From NCBI GenBank assembly GCA_965644495.1, contig CBFFSA010000001.1, positions 434,001-497,891 on the forward strand: DNA of 63,891 nucleotides, written 5' to 3'. The DNA is from Perkinsela sp. CCAP 1560/9. Lineage: Eukaryota; Protista; Euglenozoa: Kinetoplastea. The position numbers and the translations under genes were made by a program. Positions 13,003-23,756 of this stretch are shown here, piece after piece. The notes under the pieces were generated by a model. The model searched no databases. It was not told where the DNA came from and saw only the letters and a list, made by a program, of their open reading frames with translations. How positions within the stretch are numbered: position 1 is the first letter of the stretch; each line of letters starts with the position of its first letter.

Positions 13003-13542
13003 TCAAAGTTTGTCCTCCCCTCGAAGATATTCCCCAACGTCTGCCTCATGAAAGAGAACAATGGCGTTGCTTTCGCACTTTCTGCACTGCAACGTGCTCT
13101 GCGCTGTGACCCCGAAGCCTAATGGGAGGTCAGACATAGAAAACACAACGACCCCCGCGTGTTGAGGGGTATTTTCCGTTATGCGACCCAATCCATTTCT
13201 CGTTATATTATTTCCGTACAAGAAAGATTGTTCTTGGTTTGGTTTCACCCATACTTTAAAAATAGCGTATTTCGCCAAAATATCCAGGGCTGTAATTATG
13301 ATACGAATGTTTCCATGATGTGTTACCCTAGCGAGAGCGGTTCCGATCCCCACAAGATGTTTGCGGTGAACCTGGCTGGCGACTTTTTCTAGTGCTGTTG
13401 GAATAAGCCAGATGCGCTTAGCATGAATGCGGAAAACCCACTCTTCACCACCTTGATCCAGTAAACGACTCATATTCGACCCAATATATTTCGCAAGTTT
13501 CGCAAAGAGCTTCTCGGACTCTTCTTTTGTTAAGGGGCGCAT
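13003..13542 (-). CDS. NIP7: 60S ribosome biogenesis protein NIP7
   Basis: MRPLTKEE..LAKYIG N-terminus and C-terminal PUA domain ending ADVGEYLR. Confidence 0.95.
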   Translation of the reverse strand: MRPLTKEESEKLFAKLAKYIGSNMSRLLDQGGEEWVFRIHAKRIWLIPTALEKVASQVHRKHLVGIGTALARVTHHGNIRIIITALDILAKYAIFKVWVKPNQEQSFLYGNNITRNGLGRITENTPQHAGVVVFSMSDLPLGFGVTAQSTLQCRKCESNAIVLFHEADVGEYLRGEDKL

Positions 13543-13723
13543 GGAAGATGATAAGAAAGTTGAAAATCAGAGAAACATTGAAAAAGGAAAACCGCTGCTC
13601 CTTACCAATTACGGCAGATAAATACACATCTATAAAATATCTAGATCTATCCATAAGTATCTAGAAAATATATTTTTAGGAGGGTGCACATTAATCCAAC
13701 CAATCTCACAGATTGCTTGGTCT

Positions 13724-15019
13724 TCACCTGCGCTCGTTAACAAATTCAAATGTTTCTCCACCAAGGAAGAAATGTGTCCGACTTTGTCTGAGAGCCGCAT
13801 AAGTTCCGTGTGCTCCCTCCAGCTGTATTAATCGTGTAGGCAATCCCATGACGCAGAGCATGTTACAATGAGAAATCCAGCACATACGTGGGGGTTTGAT
13901 AAAAGGCCCACATGTATGTAATACAAGGGAGGTAAGCTTAGATAAAGCAGGTATACGCAAAATTTGAACAACAAGTGAGTTTTCTGTTGTACCGTAAAGA
14001 ACTGCTAAACAAGGGTGTCCCTTTAGTGTGATACGACATATTGCGTAGGCGGTCTGCATGAGATGGTTAAAGAATGCTCCCTCGGGAAGCAAACCGCTAC
14101 TGGAAAAGACCTGACATGAAGTATCATAAGCAAGAGCAAAAATATATTTTCCTTCCGACGATGCCTCCATGCATGTTATTGGTGCCCCAGGGGAGGTGCA
14201 AGTGATGGTATGCTGCAAAACCATTCGATCGCGTTCCACTGCTAGAAGCAGCAGGTCTCCATTTTCCACGCCAAGTGCGATGTGCCCGATATCAAAATTT
14301 GTGTCGGAGAAAAGCGGGGTACTTGCGTTCGATCCCACCCACTGAATACAGCTAATTCTATTTGAGAATGTGAAGCCCCATTCGAGAAACTTACTGTACG
14401 TATCCGTTCGGATAACGACAATGCGACGTCCGCATTCGTCCACTGCCCAGATCCACTCCCCAGAAGAAGAAAATTGTGCATCACTCACGGAGGAAAAAGA
14501 TAAACCTGTGATAGAACATACGTCAGATATTTGAGTTGTTGCCTCGCCTAAAGAATAATCTTCACTAATATTCCAAAAAAATACTCCGGTGTCAGAAAAA
14601 GTTAAGAACAGATGAGCTAGCAGTGGATGAGTTCGAATACCACGTAAAAGATAGTCAAACACAGATACGGCCCCAGATTCGTATGTATTAATAACTTTTT
14701 GAAGTTTGAGGCACACCTCTTGAACGACACCAGAGTAAAGAAGCACCAGCACGCGTCCTGATGGGGGACTATCGACCTTTTGATTCTCCTTATCACAAAT
14801 TTGTTTGTGTCCATCGTGCGGTCCTGTGATGAGTGCCGCATCGACAATTTTATCGTCTACTGAAATTTGCCATTGCTTCAGAATCGGCTCAACAATATAT
14901 GCAACGTGTTTATTGCCTGGTAAGGTTTTTAATGTGCTCGTACTTTGATTGGGACCACACAACGATAAATAACACGACAGAGCATCAAGACCCTTGTCTT
15001 TGTATTCAGTACTTACCAT
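13724..15019 (-). CDS. Hypothetical beta-propeller (WD40-like) protein
   Basis: 431-aa ORF with degenerate propeller blades (ITCMEASSEGKYIFA). Confidence 0.6.
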   Translation of the reverse strand: MVSTEYKDKGLDALSCYLSLCGPNQSTSTLKTLPGNKHVAYIVEPILKQWQISVDDKIVDAALITGPHDGHKQICDKENQKVDSPPSGRVLVLLYSGVVQEVCLKLQKVINTYESGAVSVFDYLLRGIRTHPLLAHLFLTFSDTGVFFWNISEDYSLGEATTQISDVCSITGLSFSSVSDAQFSSSGEWIWAVDECGRRIVVIRTDTYSKFLEWGFTFSNRISCIQWVGSNASTPLFSDTNFDIGHIALGVENGDLLLLAVERDRMVLQHTITCTSPGAPITCMEASSEGKYIFALAYDTSCQVFSSSGLLPEGAFFNHLMQTAYAICRITLKGHPCLAVLYGTTENSLVVQILRIPALSKLTSLVLHTCGPFIKPPRMCWISHCNMLCVMGLPTRLIQLEGAHGTYAALRQSRTHFFLGGETFEFVNERR

Positions 15020-15324
15020 TTAAAAAAGATCTATGAAAAAATAATAGAGTTGTACAGAATTCGTAGCCCCAGTTGTAATGTACATACAACGCACGTTGTG
15101 CCGTGATGTATAAAGCAAAGAAAATGTAATGTAACATGTCCACTATTCTACAGTTTAAACTTCTATTTAAACAGTTGCATGGGGCCGATGACACATATAA
15201 ATATGGTTGGATTTCCAAAATGTCGGGAGAGAAAATAAGTACATTCTCTCTCAATGTCATGAAATGCTTGTGCCTGCGAGGAATGATAAGCTCGTAACAA
15301 GCAGAAATTCTGCACTCAAGATTT

Positions 15325-16029
15325 TCATCGTCTCTTCCCTTTATTTTTCTTAACATCGCCCTTCGATAGCACAGTAAACCCTTGTGGTATTGCGTTAGAA
15401 ACCTCTCGTTTTTGCGATTGAAAAGTTTTCAAAAATTCTTCTCGACATCTTTCTTCCTCCAACCGTTCTTTTTCACGTTCTGACTCTTTTTTTCTTTCTT
15501 CTTCATCGGCTACCCTCTTTAGCTCAGCCAATCGTTCAAGTTCTTCCATGTCAAATTCTACGATTTCTTCGGTTACCTCACATGTTACTGGAGTTTGAGT
15601 GGAAGAAATTATTGCGTTTTGCCTTTTAGCACCTGTTTCAGATGTATCGTCTTCGGAATCATCAAAACTATCTGCGCCTTCACTTGTATTCAGTATGCCT
15701 CTACGTTTCTGCTTGTTCGCCGCCTGTGCAAGTGCTTCTCGGAGCCTTTGCAAATAAGATTCCTGTGTACAGTCAACGACTTTGAGTAAATTGTCGATTT
15801 CATTGGGGTCCTCTACAAGCCCTAAAATCTCTCTCGTGAACGCCGCAATGCGACTGGGATCTATTTTCCTCTTTTCCAACACGTTCCTGCTCTCATCAGC
15901 ATTATATGATAAAGTGGAAGCAGTCTGCAATACTTTTTGCCCCACAGCTTTTCCAAATTCCACCGCTTTGCTGTAGGTGCTCAGATCGTAAAGCTCCAAG
16001 GGTACAGAACTACTCTGTGAGTTATGCAT
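15325..16029 (-). CDS. Hypothetical protein with charged coiled-coil C-terminus
   Basis: 234-aa ATG ORF on the coding strand. Confidence 0.65.
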   Translation of the reverse strand: MHNSQSSSVPLELYDLSTYSKAVEFGKAVGQKVLQTASTLSYNADESRNVLEKRKIDPSRIAAFTREILGLVEDPNEIDNLLKVVDCTQESYLQRLREALAQAANKQKRRGILNTSEGADSFDDSEDDTSETGAKRQNAIISSTQTPVTCEVTEEIVEFDMEELERLAELKRVADEEERKKESEREKERLEEERCREEFLKTFQSQKREVSNAIPQGFTVLSKGDVKKNKGKRR

Positions 16030-16272
16030 TTAGAAAGAATACTATAGTGCTAATAAACATTATCTCCGACTATCTATCTACCCGCTGTACTGCTTTACTA
16101 TATAGCACTCGCAAAGCTTTTTTATGGAATAATTCGATTGTTGCAACATGATCAACTCAACAATTGTTGCACCATTTTTCTACAAAAAATACAAAAAAGA
16201 AGAGAAGAATTTGTTGTACAATGAAGCGTTGTCCAATTGTTGTATTACGATAAAATAACTTTCTGTCTTTCG

Positions 16273-17829
16273 TTACGTTTCGGAACTTTTCAACATGCTC
16301 CATTCACGTATCCAGCATTGAGACCCGTTGCATAATTCGGGATGACGACGGTTACCACCCAGGAGAAAAAGTAGGGAAATCTGATATGTAGCAAGTGAAT
16401 TTTGACAAGTGAATTGTTCGAAGAATTGACGGCGTATCACAAGTAAATCTGCCGCAGGCAAATAGAGTCGCTTAGGAGAACACATAGAGGCGTGGTTCGA
16501 ATTCTTTATTAACTGATAGGACAACTCCGGCAAGGAGGAGGTTGACTTTCTATCTTTCATTAAAAAGTGAATTTCTCCATTGTCTTCACCACATACATCT
16601 GTGTTTCGAGCAACTGCACTATGATTTGTCTTGCCGCCCATCCATGCTACCCATCCTTGGCCGCACGCTACACTAATATGTCCATTGCGGTGAGTGGCTT
16701 GAATGATTTGTGAAATCGGTTGCGATTCAGCGAGCTGAGGAAGTGACCAAATCATATTTTCCATGTCATAGATGAAGCAGAGAGGAATTCCATTGATCAA
16801 TTGAGCAGCTGAATTTCGGTTGCTGGTGTTCACACCTCCTAAGATCAGTAGTTCCGATTTTGTCAGCCGACTGATTGAACAAGACACGTACTCTTGAATA
16901 TCTAGCTCCAAAGTGTCTTTGGAGAAAATATTTTGACGCACGAAAGTGGGAAGCTCGATATTGCTCCAGATAAACGATTCAAGATCAAAACAATGTAGTG
17001 TATAAAAATCTGAAAGGCCGTCGGAGGATTCACATTCTCCGCCAAATACAAACATGTGAGTCTCCGTTGCACAAGCGGCGTGACGATATCGCGGGCACGG
17101 CACTCTACCGTACTGTGAAATCTTAGGTTTAAGAACAAAATGAAGGGAGGACTGCACCGGATCATTGCAGCCGCAAGTTATCGTTATCAAGTTCAGATCG
17201 TTTTTGATTGAATAATTCTCATCCATTCCACCAAAAATTACGATGTTTTGAGTGAGAAAAAGTCTCAGTACATTTTCATTACAAGACGTTGAGGGATTGT
17301 ATTTAGTGTTACAGGTTGTTTTTCCATACTGTCCTACTTTACATGCCGTGTGCCCCTCCAACAAAAGCTCAGAACCTAATTTTTTACAATCTTTTCTGAT
17401 GCCACAATGTTCATCTTTCTCTGATTTCCACGGCACGGAAGACCACTGAGTTAACTTCTCAAACTTTAATACTCTAGCAGGACTGCACCAATCAAGGCTT
17501 GAGCATGGATTTGTTGAATCTTGTTGAGCAAGAATTGACACCGAGGCTGTTATGTAGTAAGAACCCAGTATTTCATCATCCCCGTATCCTCCAATGCTCA
17601 GAATGAGGCAAGAAAAACTCGAAATTTCCCCAGGTAATGCTGAAGTCGAATCTGTTATTTGTAACACATTGAGCGTGCTACTCTCTACATGCGTATCCTC
17701 TGGAAAGAGTTTCGCGCGCGAACTTTCATTTTCTACGCAATCTTCCCGAAACAAAGATTTGGCGTTTCGTACATTTAAGCCGCCAAGGGAGTGCCACATT
17801 ACCTTATATCTACATGTCTCCAGATACAA
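16273..17829 (-). CDS. Kelch-repeat protein
   Basis: PCPRYRHAAC..MFVFGG, IVIFGG and LLILGG kelch signatures. The listed start is TTG, so the true ATG is probably slightly downstream. Confidence 0.7.
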   Translation of the reverse strand: MYLETCRYKVMWHSLGGLNVRNAKSLFREDCVENESSRAKLFPEDTHVESSTLNVLQITDSTSALPGEISSFSCLILSIGGYGDDEILGSYYITASVSILAQQDSTNPCSSLDWCSPARVLKFEKLTQWSSVPWKSEKDEHCGIRKDCKKLGSELLLEGHTACKVGQYGKTTCNTKYNPSTSCNENVLRLFLTQNIVIFGGMDENYSIKNDLNLITITCGCNDPVQSSLHFVLKPKISQYGRVPCPRYRHAACATETHMFVFGGECESSDGLSDFYTLHCFDLESFIWSNIELPTFVRQNIFSKDTLELDIQEYVSCSISRLTKSELLILGGVNTSNRNSAAQLINGIPLCFIYDMENMIWSLPQLAESQPISQIIQATHRNGHISVACGQGWVAWMGGKTNHSAVARNTDVCGEDNGEIHFLMKDRKSTSSLPELSYQLIKNSNHASMCSPKRLYLPAADLLVIRRQFFEQFTCQNSLATYQISLLFLLGGNRRHPELCNGSQCWIREWSMLKSSET

Positions 17830-18469
17830 GAACGGCTAGAAACCGCCGTAGATAATTAAACGCTAAATACCATTAAACAGCTAACTACTTCCGTAAAGTA
17901 GAAAGTTCGTTCACGTCCGTAAGCGTTAGTGCCTTATTATGGAAAAAATACATACTAATGCAAAGAAAAAGGTGTAACAGATAAAAGGATAAGTGTATCT
18001 AATAGATTATTTTCGTTTGATAGAGTTTATCTTAGCGTAAACAGCTAGCTTGCATCACGTGCCGAAGAAAGTATTTAGAACAAATAAAGACAATGCTGGT
18101 CCTGCTAAAAAAGCCCATAATAAAGGAATGAAATAACGAAAGAAACTTATTCCAGAAGAATAAGTTCGATAAAAATACGTTCCCCTGAGTTACGTTTCCC
18201 CTGAATCAAAAATACCATGCTTCTATTCAATAATCGCCTATGTACGAGATAATTTCGATCGGGTGTTATTACGTTGCTGAAATCAAGAAAACAAAACAAT
18301 AATAGGATTAATTGAAGAGGCCTACTATTATACAATGTAGTCAATACGGTTCAAAAATCTCGTGACAAACTAAGTTTCATCCCACTTAAACTGCTAAAAA
18401 AACTGTCAGCATCAGACTAATGACAAAGTCCGCACAAAATTTGCTTGATAATACTCACTCTCTAAAAAT

Positions 18470-19102
18470 TTAAGAAGCTTTTGCAACGTGTTTCCGGTTA
18501 TCCAAGAGAGCGAGTTCTCTGTTTCTCTTTGTGGAAATATACAGAGGAAAAGCAAGCGGAAAGAGCAGCATAAAGGCAAGGAGAATCCACTCACTGGAAT
18601 CTGTTTCTTGTGTTCGACGATACTCTGCAGGACTTAGTACTGTAACAAAGGGCGTGCGACTGGCCTCTCCTGCTCCAGGAATCCCATCCTGTATCTGTGT
18701 ACTATAAGCAGTATAGGTATCTGCTGCAGGACTTTGACGAAGTGAGTATCGAACTGTGGCCATTCCGGTAAGAATTTCACCTCTCTCTGTAAGCTGCACG
18801 GTATACGTGAGATTGGAGCTCCTACCTGGTGCAAGTGTATCAATTTTATGCATGAATTCCTTATTCTTAAATAGATCGCGCATTTCTAGTTGGTATGCTG
18901 GCGCTTCTCCAATGTTGGTTACGATGATGTCAAACCGAACTTCCCCGCCTACTATGACGCGAGACCGGTCGACCTTTTTTTCAACCGAGAGCAAAGGAAG
19001 AGCGGGCATGTTTTGGTCGTTGCGACAATTTGTACACGACAGTCCACTTCCTAAACATAAAAGCACGAAGCGCCAAAATGGGGAAAGCGTCTCAGTTCTC
19101 AT
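18470..19102 (-). CDS. SSR2: Translocon-associated protein beta (TRAP-beta/SSR2-like)
   Basis: Signal peptide, LLSVEK..V.NIGEAPAY..D Ig-like domain and C-terminal TM helix. Confidence 0.75.
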   Translation of the reverse strand: MRTETLSPFWRFVLLCLGSGLSCTNCRNDQNMPALPLLSVEKKVDRSRVIVGGEVRFDIIVTNIGEAPAYQLEMRDLFKNKEFMHKIDTLAPGRSSNLTYTVQLTERGEILTGMATVRYSLRQSPAADTYTAYSTQIQDGIPGAGEASRTPFVTVLSPAEYRRTQETDSSEWILLAFMLLFPLAFPLYISTKRNRELALLDNRKHVAKAS

Positions 19103-19542
19103 AATTGTATGTAAAATATAGAAAGAAGAGTTTAGGAGTTTGTTTTATAAGGGACTCCAATGTCAGGGCCAATATGACAACCCTTGCAAAGTACTTTGTG
19201 TATTTTTGTAAATGTTCAACGGCATTCCTTTTAAAGTCAAGGCATAAAAAACGAAAAGCCAGGTTATGCATGTAGAAGATGCATTCAAGTTTGAGGTTTT
19301 GTTTATTTCTTAGGCATTTGAGAATAGTTTATAGAAAGTATTTTCCACTCCCCATTTTCATCCTATGTACAGAGGCGCTTTACCTAAACATATAAAAAAG
19401 TAACAATTCTTCGCACACCAAAAAGTGATTTTTCATTAAAATTCAAAGCGGAAAAATAGAAAAAGAACGAAAAGAATGTATCCATCAACAAGTTCCACTA
19501 AAAATACAACTGTAAGTTCCTAACAAGCAAAAAATCATTTTT

Positions 19543-20067
19543 CTATTTTTGTTCTTTGTTCTTCATTGCTTTGTCTCCTTTCTTTGATTCATTTATGACT
19601 TCTTGAACTGACGCTCGTTCCTGACGTTTACGAAGTCGCATAGTGAGACGCTTCAGAACGGACGAACTGGCTAAATAAAAGTCCTTCAAGCGATCCTTTG
19701 TCAGGTGCGTTGCGCTTCCAGACTTCGGAGCAGCTGATGGCTTCGGGACCACCGCTGGCTTCGGTGAGGGCAGTGGGACACTTTCGAAAGAACAAGGAGC
19801 TGCGACGGGAGGCCAGCGTTGGCGGGGAAGAAATCTTGGCGGTTGGATGAACTTGGGTGAGGATACGGATCGTGGACTCGGAACACCCAAATCATTCTCT
19901 GGTCCGCATGAAGCGTGACGCATCGCAAGAAGATTGAGATGAGAAATATCCTGCGCGAGCAGCGGAGTCGCAGCATGAACTCGTTGTGACGAAAATTGCG
20001 TTGTGACGGCTGCCATGCGAGGTGCCAGTCCGCTCTTTAGCGCACGGATGACAGTGCAATGAAGCAT
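19543..20067 (-). CDS. Hypothetical protein with mitochondrial presequence-like N-terminus
   Basis: 174-aa ATG ORF with an R/S/A-rich N-terminus. Confidence 0.5.
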   Translation of the reverse strand: MLHCTVIRALKSGLAPRMAAVTTQFSSQRVHAATPLLAQDISHLNLLAMRHASCGPENDLGVPSPRSVSSPKFIQPPRFLPRQRWPPVAAPCSFESVPLPSPKPAVVPKPSAAPKSGSATHLTKDRLKDFYLASSSVLKRLTMRLRKRQERASVQEVINESKKGDKAMKNKEQK

Positions 20068-20303
20068 GTCCTCGCGCGAAAGGGCTTAACTAGGTGAAGT
20101 AGCGAAAGAGAAAACGTTTCTTTTAGATATAAAATGAAAGGTGGCACAAAACTTTTAAAGGAAAACACTTGAACATTTCTTGACAAGGCTGCTATACCCT
20201 CGAGCGTCAGAGCTCTCGAGAATTTTAGAAACATGAGATTCTTAAGTGTATCAGACATAAAAAACATACTAGTACAGTATATTAGTTTCGTACTAATACA
20301 TTA

Positions 20304-20613
20304 CCGTATACCCCCCCCCCCCCAAGTAAGAGAGATTTGGCCCTTTTTGGGCTGACCCCCAGTAAGAGAGATTTGGCTTGGGAGCCCAACAGGAGGCGTA
20401 TAGGGGGTAGGGGGTTGGTGTCTGCATGTTGGGGGCCTCGGGGGTAACCCAAAGAAGCGTTTTAACACGTTTTCAGAAGCAAAAAATAGAAAAAAATAGT
20501 CAAAAAAGTTGGGAGAAAAGAGGAAACTGGCCAGAAAAGCATACCCCCCCCAATAAGAGAGATTTGGCCATTTCGACCCAAAACCCATTCTCTTACTGGG
20601 GGGGGGTATACGG
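20304..20613. mobile_element. MITE family A (Tc1/mariner-pogo type), 310 bp
   Basis: TIRs CCGTATA-C(n)-AGTAAGAGA / TCTCTTACT-G(n)-TATACGG, TA on both flanks, and internal repeats of AGTAAGAGAGATTTGG. Confidence 0.9.
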
Positions 20614-20645
20614 TAGTACAGAATGCTGTCGCTCAAGATGTGAAA

Positions 20646-22133
20646 TCAAAAAGTTGAAGACTGCACCCCAGTTTTGAATTTGCTTAAAAAAGGATTTTCT
20701 TCTTGTCGCTTATGTCTCCGCACAAGCATTCGGTGCGTTCGTGATTTCATGTGCGCTTCCACCTGAGAAGGCCCTCTCAATGACTTTTGACACACATCAC
20801 ACCAAGTTGTGACGCATTGCTTTTGTTCGAAAGCTCTACCCGGAAGGATCTTATGGCGATATTCATGGGTAAGAATGTCCGGCAAGGGCAAAGAGGATAA
20901 AGCAAAGGCTTGTTTTGGAGTCAAAATTAGATTTCTATGATTAAAAGCGGAGGCGCCACGCTCATTAATAACTCTAAAAAGGTTTACATAAGGGTGCGTG
21001 GCGAATCGATGACGTATCCACTGCTGTTGCTTCTTCGCATATTTTCGTGTAGCCCTATATAAATCTTCTGTACACGATTGCCATATTTCGCACGCATTTA
21101 TATTCGCTGATGGTATATCAAATTCTGTTTCTATGTCCAAGCATTTCAACCGGAGAAACGGAAGAAATTCTTTAAAACCAATGGCTTCAAGCAACGGAAA
21201 TCGACTTCCTGAGTTTAATGCTCTTCTATTCAAAACGTGATCTTTCAATAAAGGATGATTTTTTAAAAGAAGAAAATAGTCTTCCACTTCACGCTGTAGT
21301 CCGCGAGTTTCCATGAAATTAATTCTTTCCCTAATGACATTGTCCATATGTTCATCACCGTCAAAATCACACCAAAATGTTACATGGTTCATCCATCGTA
21401 TTGGATCATGCTCGCTTTGCTCAATAATATGGTCGCTATGTTTTACCTTCCCTCGAGATAGATAGAAGACCTCCAAGCTCCGCCGAATACGTCTCGTATC
21501 TTTCGGGTGCCATCGAATTGCCATATTAGAATCTACGTGGGATAATTCTTCGTGTAGCGATTTCGCCGAAAGTGCATCAAGTATGCGGAACAATGAACGT
21601 CTGTAATATGTGTCAGGCATTTCAGCATTGTTTTGAAGCAACTCCTGTAAAGTAGAGTAATTTTTTAATGTCATGTAAGTCCCTTGTTCGGTACTTGCTG
21701 AAAGAGAGTCTAATGAAGAAAATGAGCTCACTGCTGTAGATTCAATTATGGACTCACACATGAGAGCCTGTACGTAGTAGTTGGTACCGCCACATACAAT
21801 CGGGGTCTTACCATCGTTCAGCAAGTTTCGGATGAGTGGGAGAGCTTTGTTGACAAAGCTATGAACGCTGACTTCGTAAGTTAGATCCACTTCAGAGGTA
21901 TTGATTGCACCGTTCTGAATAGAGTTTAAAAAATGATGATGCACCTTTTGCAACTCAGCCTCAGTAGGTTTGTTGGATGCAATGGGTAGTCCCGGACACA
22001 TTTGCATTACATCGGCACATATTATCTCGCAAGGACGATCAAAAGTGGAGAAAACATGCTGAGCCAATCGCATGGAGAAGTTCGACTTACCTGAGCCTGT
22101 CGATCCTATTACGAAGAATACTCTAGAGTCCAT
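20646..22133 (-). CDS. MOD5: tRNA dimethylallyl (isopentenyl) transferase with C-terminal zinc finger
   Basis: GSTGSGKS, ADVMQ, CGGTNYY, ATRKYAKKQ and a CDVC..HMKSRTH zinc finger. Confidence 0.93.
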   Translation of the reverse strand: MDSRVFFVIGSTGSGKSNFSMRLAQHVFSTFDRPCEIICADVMQMCPGLPIASNKPTEAELQKVHHHFLNSIQNGAINTSEVDLTYEVSVHSFVNKALPLIRNLLNDGKTPIVCGGTNYYVQALMCESIIESTAVSSFSSLDSLSASTEQGTYMTLKNYSTLQELLQNNAEMPDTYYRRSLFRILDALSAKSLHEELSHVDSNMAIRWHPKDTRRIRRSLEVFYLSRGKVKHSDHIIEQSEHDPIRWMNHVTFWCDFDGDEHMDNVIRERINFMETRGLQREVEDYFLLLKNHPLLKDHVLNRRALNSGSRFPLLEAIGFKEFLPFLRLKCLDIETEFDIPSANINACEIWQSCTEDLYRATRKYAKKQQQWIRHRFATHPYVNLFRVINERGASAFNHRNLILTPKQAFALSSLPLPDILTHEYRHKILPGRAFEQKQCVTTWCDVCQKSLRGPSQVEAHMKSRTHRMLVRRHKRQEENPFLSKFKTGVQSSTF

Positions 22134-22617
22134 TCGAGTCGAACATTAGTGACCAAGAAAATCGTAAAAATTCGCGTTGCATGAAGCTAATGTCCAGGAA
22201 AACGAAAATAGATCAACGCATCGGTATTCATTCAATAGGTATGATTACGGGCGTGAAGTGATTACGGCCATTCTTTGGTAAAAAGGATTACTCATACGTG
22301 CGTACCAAGTCCAAAATTCAACACTAAATAGGGGGGGGGTAGAGCACTCAATAGTAAATAGGGGAGACAGTAAATAAAAAAAAATTATTTATATTAAGAC
22401 ACGATTAAGACAGGAGTCATGTTAACACATGACTTCAATATTCAATAATATGCTCTACAAGATTTGAACACCTAAGGGGGGATCTATGAGTAGTAAAAGA
22501 TTACTCCCTGGATTATCATATCCAGTGCACCAAAAACGCGAAAATTACATCCCGTTCCAGGTGTCAAACATTTTCTCATATCCAGTGCACCAAGAATAAT
22601 AATAAAAAATGAACCTA

Positions 22618-22986
22618 AACCCTGTTCCGGGTTATTGTGCCCCCCCTGCACAATAACTGGCTCTAGGCACAATATCTGGCTCCAGGCACAATAATTAAAT
22701 ATTAGAAAAAACCAAAAAAAGGGTAAAAAAAAATTGGCGCCGCTTCACGGCGCCTTTTTTACGGACAAACATGTTCATATGCAGAAATAGTTCTATTTAA
22801 CGAGTGCGTTGTTGAACCAACAACGTTAATTCCGAGAAAATGAGAATAAAAAACCCGCAAAAAAAGTGAGGCACCGCTTCGCGGCGCCATATCTTGGAGG
22901 GGGGTACAATAATAGTGGTCGTTTCCACTTATTGTGCCCCCCCTGCACAATAACTGGCTCTAGGCACAATATCCCGGAACAGGGTT
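22618..22986. mobile_element. MITE family B nested in the IS30 element, inserted at a C-TA-G site
   Basis: TIR AACCCTGTTCCGGG(T/A)TATTGTGCC, TA at 22616-17 and 22987-88, and an internal ~45-bp direct repeat (22632-22676 / 22929-22973). Confidence 0.88.
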
Positions 22987-22988
22987 TA

Positions 22989-23756
22989 GTACGATGATAC
23001 AATGATTGGTATATTTTTCAATGGTTTGCCCGTTGGGCCGTTTGTTCAACTTCTTGGTTGTCTTGTTCACCTCTTTGAGGCTCAGTGTCTCAAACGACTC
23101 ACTCGCCTTGTGATATTGGCGAATGTTGGTAAGACCATTTGAATTTTCCACCGCCCCCTTTTCCCACGAGTGATACGGGGCACAGAAAATGGATTTACAG
23201 CCCAGCTTTTCATTCACTCTTTCATGCTTTGTACATTCCGTTCCATTGTCATAAGTGATAGTAAAAGTTTTGTACTTTCTTAATCCCTTGATGATTTGAT
23301 TCGCCACTTCTTTGGCATGCTTCGATCGCAGAACACGCAGAACGAGGAATCGGCTCTTCCGCTCACACAAAGTCAAAATGTAGCCTGAGTGATTATGACC
23401 TTCCACGAGGTCTGCTTCTCAATCCCCATACCGACGCCTCTTGCGTCCCGACAACTAAAGTGTTGGCAACCTGTTCTGGACTGTGAAGCTGCCCTAAGCG
23501 CTTCTTGATGTGGCGCTCCACGGGCCCAGAGATCATGCGAGGGCGCACGGGCTTTCTTTCCAAGCGTCTCTTGGATACTCTGAGCACGGCTGGCCTCGTA
23601 CCGCCGACCCCGTTTTTCGTTTCGGGCCAGCTCACGGCTAACGGTGCTATGTGATTTTCCGATAGCCGTGCCGATCTCACGTCGCGTGGCTCCCGCCTCG
23701 AACATCTCTTGTATTGTGCGTCTCTCTCCTTCGCTGAGCCGCTTATACTTTGTCAT
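22989..23756 (-). pseudogene. IS30-family DDE transposase pseudogene
   Basis: HTH (YKRLSEGERRTI..IGKSHSTVSRELARN), HSPEQVAN, GD*EADLV (D), TLCERKSRF, ITYDNGTE (D) and APYHSWEKGAVENSNG (E). There are frameshifts, an internal deletion and an in-frame TGA at 23419-23421. Confidence 0.92.

Noticed and set aside
22240-22485. Possible further element remnant left of the IS30 (TGATTACGG x2, TAAATAGGGG x2)
   Set aside because: No matching TIR pair or TSD could be defined.
22615-22623. CTAAACCCT as a telomeric repeat
   Set aside because: Single unit that is part of a MITE end and its target site.
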